From NCBI GenBank assembly GCA_041674805.1, contig JBAYVA010000002.1, forward strand, positions 83,234 to 147,233: a stretch of DNA of 64,000 nucleotides, in the 5' to 3' direction. Below, in pieces: positions 28,891 to 37,888 of this stretch (position 1 is its first letter; each line of letters begins with the position of its first letter). Under the pieces are notes generated by a model. That model was given only the letters and a program-made list of their open reading frames with translations, was not told the origin of the DNA and did not search any database. The translations under genes and the position numbers were made by a program. This DNA comes from Candidatus Magasanikiibacteriota bacterium (GTDB lineage Bacteria; Patescibacteriota; Patescibacteriia; Magasanikbacterales; UBA922).

Positions 28891-29883
28891 TACTAATTTT
28901 TCATAACACTCTAGAGCATGTCCTACTATTTCTTTTTCTGATTTATCTTTTAGTACTTCTTGCATAGGACGCATGACCTGTCTTATGTAAGAAAGTTTTT
29001 CTTTTTCTCCTTCTTCAAAATAAGTTTCTGTTTCTTCTGATGAAATTATTCTATCAGCTGAAGATGTATCATCTTTATCTTCTAAAAGATTCTTTGTTCT
29101 GATTAGTTTAGAAATTTCTCCTGCTTTGTCAGCCTCTTCACGCTTGTTTTTGAACAAATCTTTTTCACTTACCATTTCTGGAGCAACTACAGTATAGCCA
29201 ACACTTATAGTTTGTTTGTTTCCATCAGGTCTTTCACTGTTTTGTTCAATATTGGTTACCATTCTGGCTAAAACATTTTTTACATCAGTAACTTTGTCTT
29301 GTGGCATTGTCAAAAACATACCATATTCATCTCCACTGAATCTGATCCCTACGTCTCCTTTGGCTAGTGAAAGAGTAGCTTCCAAATTTTTGGCAACTGT
29401 TTTAAGTAACTCGTCTCCTCTTTCGTGGGTGAATGAATCATTTATTTTTTTAAAATTATCCAAATCAAAAGTCACAAAGACAATAACATTGTTACTACCT
29501 TGTATTTCAGTCATTTTTCTTTTAAATTCCTGTTGGGCACCATATCGGCTAAATAACTCTGGAGTCAAATTTTCTTGACCTTCTTTTATGGTACTTTCTG
29601 TTAGTTTTTTTAATTCAGTTAAAGACGCTGTTAGAGCTTTGTCTTGAAATTCTGGAGAAATTTCTACAGTTTCACCCTTTTTAGATTTTCTTGTTTTTTC
29701 ACCAGCAATCAATCTTTTGTAGTTTTTGGCAAACCAGTTGCGTAATTCTTCTTGATTTTGTTTAGTAAGATCTTTTTCATCAATAGTGTTGAAGTAATTA
29801 TCTAAAGCTTCATTTATACCTTTATTTGTTATAGTTTCGTCACCAAACAATATCTCTCTAGATTGGGGTGTTGTTTCACTCAT
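28879..29883 (-). CDS. GGDEF-domain (diguanylate cyclase-like) protein with variant SGDEY signature and unknown N-terminal domain
   Basis: VTFDLDNFKKINDSFTHERGDELLKTVAKNL...GDVGIRFSGDEYGMFL...TISVGYTV follows the GGDEF fold consensus (DxDxFKxINDxxGHxxGD...RxGGDEF...SiGv). Confidence 0.6.
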   Translation of the reverse strand: MSETTPQSREILFGDETITNKGINEALDNYFNTIDEKDLTKQNQEELRNWFAKNYKRLIAGEKTRKSKKGETVEISPEFQDKALTASLTELKKLTESTIKEGQENLTPELFSRYGAQQEFKRKMTEIQGSNNVIVFVTFDLDNFKKINDSFTHERGDELLKTVAKNLEATLSLAKGDVGIRFSGDEYGMFLTMPQDKVTDVKNVLARMVTNIEQNSERPDGNKQTISVGYTVVAPEMVSEKDLFKNKREEADKAGEISKLIRTKNLLEDKDDTSSADRIISSEETETYFEEGEKEKLSYIRQVMRPMQEVLKDKSEKEIVGHALECYEKLVEKK

Positions 29884-29948
29884 ATAAGTATCTTTTAAAA
29901 AATAAAAATCCTGACTTATTATAGTCAGGATTTATTTTATATGTTATT

Positions 29949-30287
29949 TTATTTTTTTGCAACTTTTTTTGTGATTTTCTTTTTAGTCGCAGGTTTTTTT
30001 GCTTTAGCTTTTGCTGGAACTACAGTTTTTTGGTCAATTTTCAATTTTGAAGCAAGTCTAGATAAGTAACGAGAAGCTGTATTTGCTTTCAAAACACCTT
30101 TTTTTACAGCTTTGTCTAGTGTTTTTTGAGCTAAGCGAATTTTTTCACTTACTTCTTTTTCACCAGATAAAACGGCTTTGCGAGCTGTTTTCAAAGCATC
30201 TTTGTAAGCTTTTTTGAAAACTTTGTTTTCTACTTCACGTTTTTTTGCTTGACGCAATGCTTTTTTAGCATTTTCTAGTATAGGCAT
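29949..30287 (-). CDS. rpsT: 30S ribosomal protein S20 with lysine-rich C-terminal extension
   Basis: ENAKKALRQAKKREVENKVFKKAYKDALKTARKAV...LDKAVKKGVLKANTASRYLSRLASKL matches S20. It is followed by the tail KAKAKKPATKKKITKKVAKK. Confidence 0.8.
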   Translation of the reverse strand: MPILENAKKALRQAKKREVENKVFKKAYKDALKTARKAVLSGEKEVSEKIRLAQKTLDKAVKKGVLKANTASRYLSRLASKLKIDQKTVVPAKAKAKKPATKKKITKKVAKK

Positions 30288-30438
30288 AATTTTTTGTAAA
30301 TTTTTTTAGTTAAAATTATATTGTTTGATACATTTTTAGGGAGAACTTTCCTAAATATTGTTTGTATCATTGAGAGCGTGATTAGTATATGTTATTTGTC
30401 TGTTTTTGTCAAGAGTTAGCTCAAAAGTAGACTAACTA

Positions 30439-31917
30439 CTAAATAGTTTTACTGATATAATAGTCTACTGGTGCAAAGTCATCTGTTAAAACTGGCATAG
30501 ATTCTTCTATTTTGCCAATCCATAAGTGTGTTAGATATTTTTGAATTTCTTCATCAGTAGACTCTAGTTTTATTTTTTTGTCGGACTTTAGAGCTACTAG
30601 AATTATATTTTGAACTTCTTTGTCATTGTGTGAATTTCTTACAGGAAATAGATAGACTTGAGGAAAAACATTTTGGTAAGTAGCATATTCTGCACGTAGA
30701 AATTTACCTTGTTCGCCGTTTATAGAAGAAATGATATTCAAAATTACAATACCTTCATCATTTAAAATATTATATTTTTTTTGTACAGCTTCTTTGGTGG
30801 TCAATTGGTAAGGAATAGAAAAATGTGAACTAAAAGCATCTCCAAAAATAACATCGTATTTTTTGTTTGTTTTATTTAAATAAACGCGTCCATCTTCATG
30901 ATAAATTTTCAAATTTGGATTTTCTTTTAAATTGAAATATTGTTTGGCAAGTTCTGTGACTTGTGGATCTATTTCAACTACGTCTATTTTAGCTTCTGGA
31001 TATTTTGATAAAAAATCTTTTGGATAAGAGTAACCAGCACCTCCGAGCATTAGTGTTTCTTTGAAATCGGGCTTGAAGTGTCTTGCTAAGTGATAATACT
31101 TAGTATATTCATAAACTAGTTCCTCACTGTTTAAAAACATTGCGGAACTATGTTCATTGTTGATAGAGAGTGTCCGTTTATTTCCAGCTTGATTATCAGA
31201 AATCCAAACGCGGTTGTAAGAGGTATCTGTATCTAAGAAGAGTCTTTTTTGATTGTTGTTATTAGAAGTGAGAGACAAAGTAGACAGATTCAAAAATATA
31301 ATTATAAAAATTGTTAATTTTGTTTTTATTAAATTTTTTGATGAAAGTATAATAGAGATTATGATAAGAGATAAAGACAAAATCATTAATAATTTATTAG
31401 TACCAAAATGTGGAATCAAATAAAATCCTGAAAAAAATGTTCCAAAAATACTACCAGCTGTTGAAATAGCATATAAATTTCCTATGGTGACTCCAGAACT
31501 ATTTAAATTATTAAGTTTTAGTTTGGCTGCATAGGGAGAAACAATACCGAGTAACAGACTTGGAGGTAAAAACAGAATCAAAGAAGCAATTACGGCTGAA
31601 GTTTTGACATCTTTTATATTATTTTGTAAAAAAATTAAGAGAATATCTTTTTGAAAAATAGTTAGACCTATAAAAAGAGCTGCTAATAAAATAATTATGG
31701 ATAAAGTATTTATATTTGGTTTTTTGTCAGCTAGTTTGCCTCCAAGATAATAGCCAAGACTAAGACTTCCTAGTATGATGCCGATGAGACTTGTCCAAAC
31801 AAAAATTGAGGTACCAAAATATGGTCCTAATATTCTAGAGCCAACAAGTTCAAAAATCATAACAATTGCACCACATGCAAAGATAGCAATTTCCAAATTA
31901 TATTTAGTTAGTTTCAT
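30439..31917 (-). CDS. Spermidine synthase-like aminopropyltransferase fused to an N-terminal polytopic membrane domain
   Basis: About 8 TM helices, then LMLGGAGYSYPKDFLSKYPEAKIDVVEIDPQVTELAKQYF...DVIFGDAFSS, which is the SpeE-type SAM-dependent fold. Confidence 0.7.
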   Translation of the reverse strand: MKLTKYNLEIAIFACGAIVMIFELVGSRILGPYFGTSIFVWTSLIGIILGSLSLGYYLGGKLADKKPNINTLSIIILLAALFIGLTIFQKDILLIFLQNNIKDVKTSAVIASLILFLPPSLLLGIVSPYAAKLKLNNLNSSGVTIGNLYAISTAGSIFGTFFSGFYLIPHFGTNKLLMILSLSLIIISIILSSKNLIKTKLTIFIIIFLNLSTLSLTSNNNNQKRLFLDTDTSYNRVWISDNQAGNKRTLSINNEHSSAMFLNSEELVYEYTKYYHLARHFKPDFKETLMLGGAGYSYPKDFLSKYPEAKIDVVEIDPQVTELAKQYFNLKENPNLKIYHEDGRVYLNKTNKKYDVIFGDAFSSHFSIPYQLTTKEAVQKKYNILNDEGIVILNIISSINGEQGKFLRAEYATYQNVFPQVYLFPVRNSHNDKEVQNIILVALKSDKKIKLESTDEEIQKYLTHLWIGKIEESMPVLTDDFAPVDYYISKTI

Positions 31918-32738
31918 TTTGGTTTAATTAGGTTTTTAATAACTTCAAATAAATCCAAGTATTTTTTAATTTCTCCTGTCCAATCATAGTTATTTTCAGG
32001 ATGGATTTGAAATTCAATATAAGTACAAGTACGAAAAACTAATGCTCGTAAAAGTAGTTGATCAAATTCTTTTATGTTTTTACCTAGATTAATTATTGAT
32101 ACATCTAAATTATCATTTGCTAACGCACTAATTAACATATCAGCAATGGGATAATTGGCTGGTCTAAAATATGGTGTCATATCAAGTATAGTAGGAGGAA
32201 GTGTATCAGAAAATAATATTTGACCAGGTCCCCAATCACCATGAACAAGTTGGTTAGGAAGATTATTTTCTTTTAGTAATTCAAAAATATTTTCAAGTTG
32301 TTTTTTTGCTGGTTCAAAATTTGGTAGTGGCAATTCTCCCCAAGCAATTTTGTCAGCAATAGCGAACACGTCTGTTTTTTTATCAAACCAGTCTGGTTTT
32401 TTGATATCTTTTAATTCATTGTGAAATATTTTACTGAGTTCAATAGCTTTTGTATAGTTATCTTTTTTATGTGCACCTTCCAAAAATTCACTAGCAGTCC
32501 AACCTTCAAAAACAAAACAATCATTATTGACTTTTTTATATTTTGGCACGCGGAATTCACTACTTTGGAGATTATTATTTATTTCTGCTAGCCAAGTTGT
32601 TTCGATTGGATTGTCTGTTGGTTTTAGTACAATATTCCCAACACGAAAGCATGTTCCTTGCCCACCATCAAGTAGTTCTGGTTTACCAGAAGTATTAAAA
32701 GCTTGTAGAATATCTTGGGTAGGAACTTTTTCTGGCAT
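31914..32738 (-). CDS. Phosphotransferase-family kinase (APH/ChoK-like)
   Basis: LVHGDWGPGQILF matches the Brenner HGD catalytic motif of aminoglycoside/choline kinase-like enzymes. A downstream Asp motif is also present. Confidence 0.55.
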   Translation of the reverse strand: MPEKVPTQDILQAFNTSGKPELLDGGQGTCFRVGNIVLKPTDNPIETTWLAEINNNLQSSEFRVPKYKKVNNDCFVFEGWTASEFLEGAHKKDNYTKAIELSKIFHNELKDIKKPDWFDKKTDVFAIADKIAWGELPLPNFEPAKKQLENIFELLKENNLPNQLVHGDWGPGQILFSDTLPPTILDMTPYFRPANYPIADMLISALANDNLDVSIINLGKNIKEFDQLLLRALVFRTCTYIEFQIHPENNYDWTGEIKKYLDLFEVIKNLIKPK

Positions 32739-32750
32739 ATTTTAAATTTG

Positions 32751-33683
32751 CTATGTTGTCCAATCTTTACTCTTAATCTTTATTTTTTTCCGTTCAGCTA
32801 ATTTTTTAATTAAAGTGAGTTTTGATATTAGTTCATCAAAATTTTTTGATTGTAACACGGACAATATTATGTCTTTTTTATTTACCTCTAATTCATCGGT
32901 GCCGACAAGATAGATTAATTCCATACATAAATCAAAAAGTATCACATTGTATTCATCAAGTTTTTTTAAACTTTCTGGTTCATCTTTTTGTAATTTTTCT
33001 CTTTCGGTCGGGTTTATTCTTATGTGGTCATATCCGCCGATTATTCCATTACTTGATAATCTAGCTAAAAGTTCTTCACGGTAGAGACTGAAACCTTTTG
33101 CAATGTGTTCATTTTTTTCATCGGTAAAAGTATGTCCATCAAGTTGTGCAAACAATCCTATCAAGTGATTTATTTCGTGAGGTATATTTTCTGATAGATA
33201 TGATTGATTAGTAGTATCTTTAATTATTATGAATGATACAGATTCCGAATCTCTTATTTTTGCAGTTTTTGCTTGGGTCCTCCCATTTTCATTTGGAAAT
33301 AAAATTTGGTAGGCAGTATCTGTCATTACGATAGTATAAATACCAGTACTTAATCTTTTTAATTGGTAACCATTTTCAGGGATTCTTTCTATAACATCTT
33401 GTGGAAATGCTTGTTTTAAAAAGTCTAAGGCCACTAGTTTTCCCTCAACAACACGTTTTTCATATTTTTCTTTATACTTTTCTGTACTTTGTAGATAGAT
33501 TCTTAACATTTTTTTTATATCTTCAGGAAATTCATCTACACTTTTTTCTTCAAAATTTGATCCACCAGACAATTGGTTTATAAAAGATATGTAGGCTTCT
33601 CCTACTTTTCTAGACAACCTTAAATATTCGTCCTCTTTAGAATAATCTCTATGTTCTGAATTAAATTTTATTTGTTCAGACAT
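32751..33683 (-). CDS. Hypothetical protein with HEXXH zincin-like motif
   Basis: 310 aa. IPHEINHLIGLF is the only recognisable signature. Confidence 0.45.
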   Translation of the reverse strand: MSEQIKFNSEHRDYSKEDEYLRLSRKVGEAYISFINQLSGGSNFEEKSVDEFPEDIKKMLRIYLQSTEKYKEKYEKRVVEGKLVALDFLKQAFPQDVIERIPENGYQLKRLSTGIYTIVMTDTAYQILFPNENGRTQAKTAKIRDSESVSFIIIKDTTNQSYLSENIPHEINHLIGLFAQLDGHTFTDEKNEHIAKGFSLYREELLARLSSNGIIGGYDHIRINPTEREKLQKDEPESLKKLDEYNVILFDLCMELIYLVGTDELEVNKKDIILSVLQSKNFDELISKLTLIKKLAERKKIKIKSKDWTT

Positions 33684-33690
33684 ATTTATT

Positions 33691-34863
33691 TTACTCTATT
33701 TCCATTTTCGGCTTATCCAACAACTCTGGTTCAACACTTTTTTCTCCGCCAGTAATACGAACGACGTCTTTGTCTATTTTGCCAAGCTCTTTGTAAGCGG
33801 TGTTGTAATGATTGACTGTAGTAGTCATGCTAATACCAAGTTTTTTCATGAAGTCTTCATAAGCATTGAGATGTTTGCTAAGTTGCTCAACATTCTTGCG
33901 AATTTCTTTGGCGCCATCTTCTATCTTCATCGCGCGTAAACCTTGCAAAACAGTTTGCAAATAGGCTGCAAAAGTTGTTGGTGAAACGATGACAACTTTT
34001 TTTTCATTGAAAGCATAATCAATAAGATTTCTGGTATTTACTTTAACAGCTCCGACTTCGTTGACTAGCAAATCATAATAAATAGCTTCGGAAGGGATGA
34101 ACATGAAAGCGAATTCAAGCGTCCCCTCTTTTGTTTTGATATATTTACTTGTTTCATCAATTCTTTTTTTCAAATCATTTTTGAAATCTACTTCCAATTT
34201 TTTACGAACGTCTTCATTTTCTTCGTGCAAAAGTCTTTGATAATTATCTAGAGAAAATTTGGCGTCCACAGGGATAGTACCTTCTTTGGTGATGATAAGG
34301 GCGTCCACAATATCACCATCATCGAATTTGTGTTGAAATTCAAAAGAGCCAGGTGGCAACATGTTTTCCATGACAAGTTGCAAACCAGCTTCACCTAAGT
34401 TGCCACGTTGTTTTTGGTGCTTCAAAACTTTTTCCAAATTTGAAAGTTGTTCAGAAAAGCCAATAACTTGTTGATTGGTTTTGTCTAAACTTGTTAGTTT
34501 CTCTGTGATGTCGGCAATCATCTTATTGCTTTGGGTAGATATGCCTTGAATAATTTTGGCATTTTGTCCAAATTGATCTTGAATAGTTCTATTTATATTG
34601 AATTGAGTGTCATTCATGGACTTGTGTGTCTCAGACATTTTTTGATCTAGAGTTTTGTTTAGGTCTTGCATTTGTTGTTGCAAAAGCATAAACATGTTTT
34701 GTTCGCCTTCTTTTGGTTTTTTCAAATCTTGTACTTTTTGATAAAGAAAAAAAATGCCGGCAAGAGTGGCTAAGAGTAATAAAGTTAATATAATAAGAAT
34801 TGCGGTTTGCATAAATAAAGTATTATTGAGGTATATTATTTGCGAAGTAAATAGACAACACAC
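33691..34863 (-). CDS. rmuC: DNA recombination protein RmuC
   Basis: N-terminal TM plus coiled coil. The C-terminal region LGEAGLQLVMENMLPPGSFEFQHKF...DALIITKEGTIPVDAKF matches the RmuC family. Confidence 0.8.
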   Translation of the reverse strand: MCCLFTSQIIYLNNTLFMQTAILIILTLLLLATLAGIFFLYQKVQDLKKPKEGEQNMFMLLQQQMQDLNKTLDQKMSETHKSMNDTQFNINRTIQDQFGQNAKIIQGISTQSNKMIADITEKLTSLDKTNQQVIGFSEQLSNLEKVLKHQKQRGNLGEAGLQLVMENMLPPGSFEFQHKFDDGDIVDALIITKEGTIPVDAKFSLDNYQRLLHEENEDVRKKLEVDFKNDLKKRIDETSKYIKTKEGTLEFAFMFIPSEAIYYDLLVNEVGAVKVNTRNLIDYAFNEKKVVIVSPTTFAAYLQTVLQGLRAMKIEDGAKEIRKNVEQLSKHLNAYEDFMKKLGISMTTTVNHYNTAYKELGKIDKDVVRITGGEKSVEPELLDKPKMEIE

Positions 34864-35006
34864 AATAGTAAACAGATTTTGTTATATTCTATTTACTCTG
34901 GTCTTTTTACTATTTACAGCAGTTGTTTACTTGCTTTTACTAAAAAAAAAGGTTACAATGGCTAACGCAATTATACCAAAGATACCAATAATAACAGATA
35001 ACATAT

Positions 35007-35243
35007 TTAAAATAGTTTAACTATTGCTAAAGTAGCAATTAATGCCCAAAAAACGTTTAATACTGTTGTTGGATAATCTTTTTTTGTACTAGAGTAGTAA
35101 ACTAAAGCTAAGGCACCAGTAACATTCATCGATTGGTATAAAAAAGAATTAGAATTGGTAATTTCAAAACTGGTCAAAGCAAAAGCTACAAGGATTATAA
35201 TGGCACCGTACCATCCAATTAGGTTGTGTAAAAGTCTGTGCAT
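35007..35243 (-). CDS. Small two-TM membrane protein (CBU_0592-like family)
   Basis: 78 aa. HNLIGWYGAIIILVAFALTSF...VTGALALVYYS. Confidence 0.5.
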   Translation of the reverse strand: MHRLLHNLIGWYGAIIILVAFALTSFEITNSNSFLYQSMNVTGALALVYYSSTKKDYPTTVLNVFWALIATLAIVKLF

Positions 35244-35326
35244 AAGTTGATTTATTCACAGCTATTATAACATTTTTGTTTTTAATTGTATAGAATACTC
35301 TACTATTTTATAAAAAATATACACAG

Positions 35327-35368
35327 ATTCTCATTTAGTTCAGTGGATACCTGCCCGCCCTTACTTAT
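35327..35368 (+). pseudogene. tRNA fragment (a D-arm copy TAGTTCAGTGGATA plus a GC-rich stem) immediately upstream of tRNA-Arg
   Basis: TCTCATTTAGTTCAGTGGATACCTGCCCGCCCTTACTTAT duplicates the D-arm of the adjacent tRNA. No complete cloverleaf can be formed. Confidence 0.45.
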
Positions 35369-35440
35369 GCCCCTGTAGTTCAGTGGATAGAACAAGACAC
35401 TCCTAACGTCTAGACACATGTTCGATTCATGTCAGGGGCA
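35369..35440 (+). tRNA. tRNA-Arg (anticodon CCT)
   Basis: GCCCCTGTAGTTCAGTGGATAGAACAAGACACTCCTAACGTCTAGACACATGTTCGATTCATGTCAGGGGCA. Anticodon loop is CTCCTAA. There is an A31:C39 mismatch. Confidence 0.7.
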
Positions 35441-35515
35441 CAGGCAATGGCAGACGAGAAACAATACACTGCTAACGTTTAGGTATATATTGTGTTTATA
35501 TAGTTTATAATATGT

Positions 35516-35548
35516 ATATTTGTATACATTTGTGTATACAAATATAAA
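35516..35548. repeat. Perfect 13-bp inverted repeat ATATTTGTATACA-tttg-TGTATACAAATAT
   Basis: Read directly from the sequence. It lies between tRNA-Arg and the recombinase gene. Confidence 0.8.
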
Positions 35549-36041
35549 CAATTGTAACTATTTTTTTTAGTAAAACATAATGTTTGCAATAATATTGTAA
35601 ATGAAATTCTTCCACAGATGGCTGTGGATTATTTTTTTAATTTGGATTTCTCCTTTAGTTTTCATTTTTATCTTTCTTATAAAATAGATTAAGCTTTTTA
35701 TGTAAGCAAAGTGAATAAGTTTAAATTTTTTTTATTAGTCTGAATTAGCGATCCAACTGTTGCCTCTTTTCCGATTTCAGTGTAACTTCAGAGTAGCTTA
35801 TTATAAAATATAAAAAAATAGAAATTTGATCTATAAATTCATTAGGACTATCTATAATTTGTATAAAGATGCGAAAAAAATAAAACGAACTATTAGATGA
35901 ATCTTTTAAGAATTTTGAAAGTTTATATATAATATGTATATACAAATTATGGATGTATACAATATACTATACAAACGCAAACAAAAAACGCCAGTAAAAG
36001 GCGTTTTTTGTTATGTTTCACGTGTAACATTATATATTTTG

Positions 36042-36062
36042 TTTCATGTTTCACATGAAACT
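36042..36062. terminator. Hairpin GTTTCATGT-TTC-ACATGAAAC at the 3' end of the recombinase gene
   Basis: Perfect 9-bp stem overlapping the stop codon. A CACGTG palindrome sits nearby. Confidence 0.45.
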
Positions 36063-36889
36063 TGATCCAAATGGCTGAAAATATTGAGTGTTTGTACAGG
36101 CTTACTTGTTTTGTATTTTTTGGTAGTACGAATATTTTTATGGCCAAGTATTTTTTGAAGTTGTTTTTCATCGATTCCCCTTTCAAGCATTTCTTTACTA
36201 AAGCTGTGTCGTAAAGATTGAAAAGTTATTTTTTTAGTTATTTTGGCACGTTTTAGGGCTTCTGTGAAAGCTTTTTCAACAGATCTGATACTTAGTTGTT
36301 TATTTTGTGGGTTTATAAAAACAAAATCATTCATTTTTTTGAAAGCGACAAATCTTTTCAATTCATTTTTTATTGTCTGAGGTAATATAGTTTCTCTATT
36401 TTCTTTAGTTGATTTGTTGTTTAGGGTAATAATGTTGTTTTCAAATTGTAAATTTTTGACTTTTATATCTATAATCTCACTTATTTTTAATCCTGAACCA
36501 TAAGATAATAAAAAAATGAGACAATGTTTTTGATTTTTGGTATTTTCTATTATTTTCTCAAATTGTTTTTTGTTCAAAGTATTTATCTTGTTTGTATTTG
36601 TTTTAAAAAAAATTATAGACACTGTTTGTTTTTTGAAATTTTTGTAATAAAATGACAAAATGTTTAAAATTAAATTTTTTGTTTGATTTGATTTTTTTTG
36701 TTGAGTTTTCAAAAATAGTTTTATTGATGTATTTTCGTCAGATATTTTTTTTTTATTTAAAAAAAATAAATATTTTTCTAAATAAAAAAGGTAGGATTTA
36801 ATAGTTGTTGGCTTATAGTTTTTTTGTAGTAAATCAGTTTTTATTTTTGATAAAATATTTTTTTCTGAAATTTTTTTTTGTTTTTTCAT
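36044..36889 (-). CDS. Tyrosine recombinase/integrase (XerC/D-like, phage integrase family), possibly degenerate
   Basis: The C-terminus has box II LRHSFSKEML and LGHKNIRTTKKYKTS with the catalytic Tyr. The box I position reads GLKISE (Lys where Arg is expected). The N-terminus is a SAM-like core-binding domain. Confidence 0.7.
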   Translation of the reverse strand: MKKQKKISEKNILSKIKTDLLQKNYKPTTIKSYLFYLEKYLFFLNKKKISDENTSIKLFLKTQQKKSNQTKNLILNILSFYYKNFKKQTVSIIFFKTNTNKINTLNKKQFEKIIENTKNQKHCLIFLLSYGSGLKISEIIDIKVKNLQFENNIITLNNKSTKENRETILPQTIKNELKRFVAFKKMNDFVFINPQNKQLSIRSVEKAFTEALKRAKITKKITFQSLRHSFSKEMLERGIDEKQLQKILGHKNIRTTKKYKTSKPVQTLNIFSHLDQVSCET

Positions 36890-36939
36890 ATAAATTTATT
36901 ATAACATAAGTTCGTATAATATACAATATATAGTTATTA

Positions 36940-36964
36940 ACAATAACTATATTGCTATTTCTAT
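36940..36964. repeat. Perfect 11-bp inverted repeat ATATAGTTATT-aac-AATAACTATAT upstream of the recombinase start
   Basis: Read directly from the sequence. It is a candidate recombinase-binding or operator site. Confidence 0.75.
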
Positions 36965-37034
36965 AAGATATGGTACGAAAAGCTTTTGTGGTGTATAATA
37001 TTAGTACTTATGAAAAATTATATACAAAAGCGTT

Positions 37035-37862
37035 ATGCAAAAACAATTGAAATCTTTTGATGGTACTCAAATAAATTATGATATTGTAAGAGTGAAGAAT
37101 TCAGAAAAGTTTTTAATTTTTTTACACGGCGTCGGTAGTGATCTTACCTCTTGGCACAAAGAAACAGTACCTTTCCATAAAAAAGGCTATTCAACTTTGG
37201 TGTTAGACATGAGGGGGCATGGTAAGTCTGATAGACCAGAGACACCACAAGATTATGATTTGAACAATTTTGCCAAAGACGTTTTTCTTATTATTAAACA
37301 TGAGAATATTGAAAAATTTGTTTTTGTAGGGCATTGTTTTGGGGCAATGGTATCTATGATGTTCCATAAAATGTATCCCAAATTGGCAAAATCTTATATT
37401 TTAGTTGATTCTACTTACAAAGCACCAAGATCACTCAGGCTTATTTTTCATAAAAATTTGTTTTTTGTAAAATTACTTAATTATTTTTTGATTAGAAGTG
37501 TTGATAATAAGAAAATTTTTGGTCACAATAATTTTGATAAATACGTGGGAACAGGGGACTGGAACATACAAAGAATTTTTGCTGATATTACTCATACCAG
37601 TTTCAAATCTTGGATTTTTACTTATCAAAATGTCGCAAAGTTTGATGCTATAGACATAATGAAAAAAATAAAACAAAGAGTATTGATTGTAGAGGGTGGC
37701 AGAGATAGTGTAATAAGTGTTTTGCAGGCCAAAAAAATGCATAGTTTAATCCAAAATTCTGAATTGTCAATTGTACCTGAGGCTAATCATATTATTATTC
37801 TCAATAATCCAAAAGAACTTGAAGTGGAAATTTATAAATTTTTGAAATCATTGAATTTTTAG
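37035..37862 (+). CDS. Alpha/beta-fold hydrolase
   Basis: FLHGVGSDLTSW, nucleophile elbow GHCFG, and the C-terminal His of the triad. Confidence 0.7.
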   Translation: MQKQLKSFDGTQINYDIVRVKNSEKFLIFLHGVGSDLTSWHKETVPFHKKGYSTLVLDMRGHGKSDRPETPQDYDLNNFAKDVFLIIKHENIEKFVFVGHCFGAMVSMMFHKMYPKLAKSYILVDSTYKAPRSLRLIFHKNLFFVKLLNYFLIRSVDNKKIFGHNNFDKYVGTGDWNIQRIFADITHTSFKSWIFTYQNVAKFDAIDIMKKIKQRVLIVEGGRDSVISVLQAKKMHSLIQNSELSIVPEANHIIILNNPKELEVEIYKFLKSLNF

Positions 37863-37888
37863 ATTTATAATATTATATAAAATAGTTT

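Noticed and set aside
35745-36186. Small minus-strand ORFs 35745..35945 and 35947..36186
   Set aside because: The second overlaps the 3' end of the recombinase gene out of frame. Both are AT-rich low-complexity translations in a palindrome-rich spacer. They are likely spurious.
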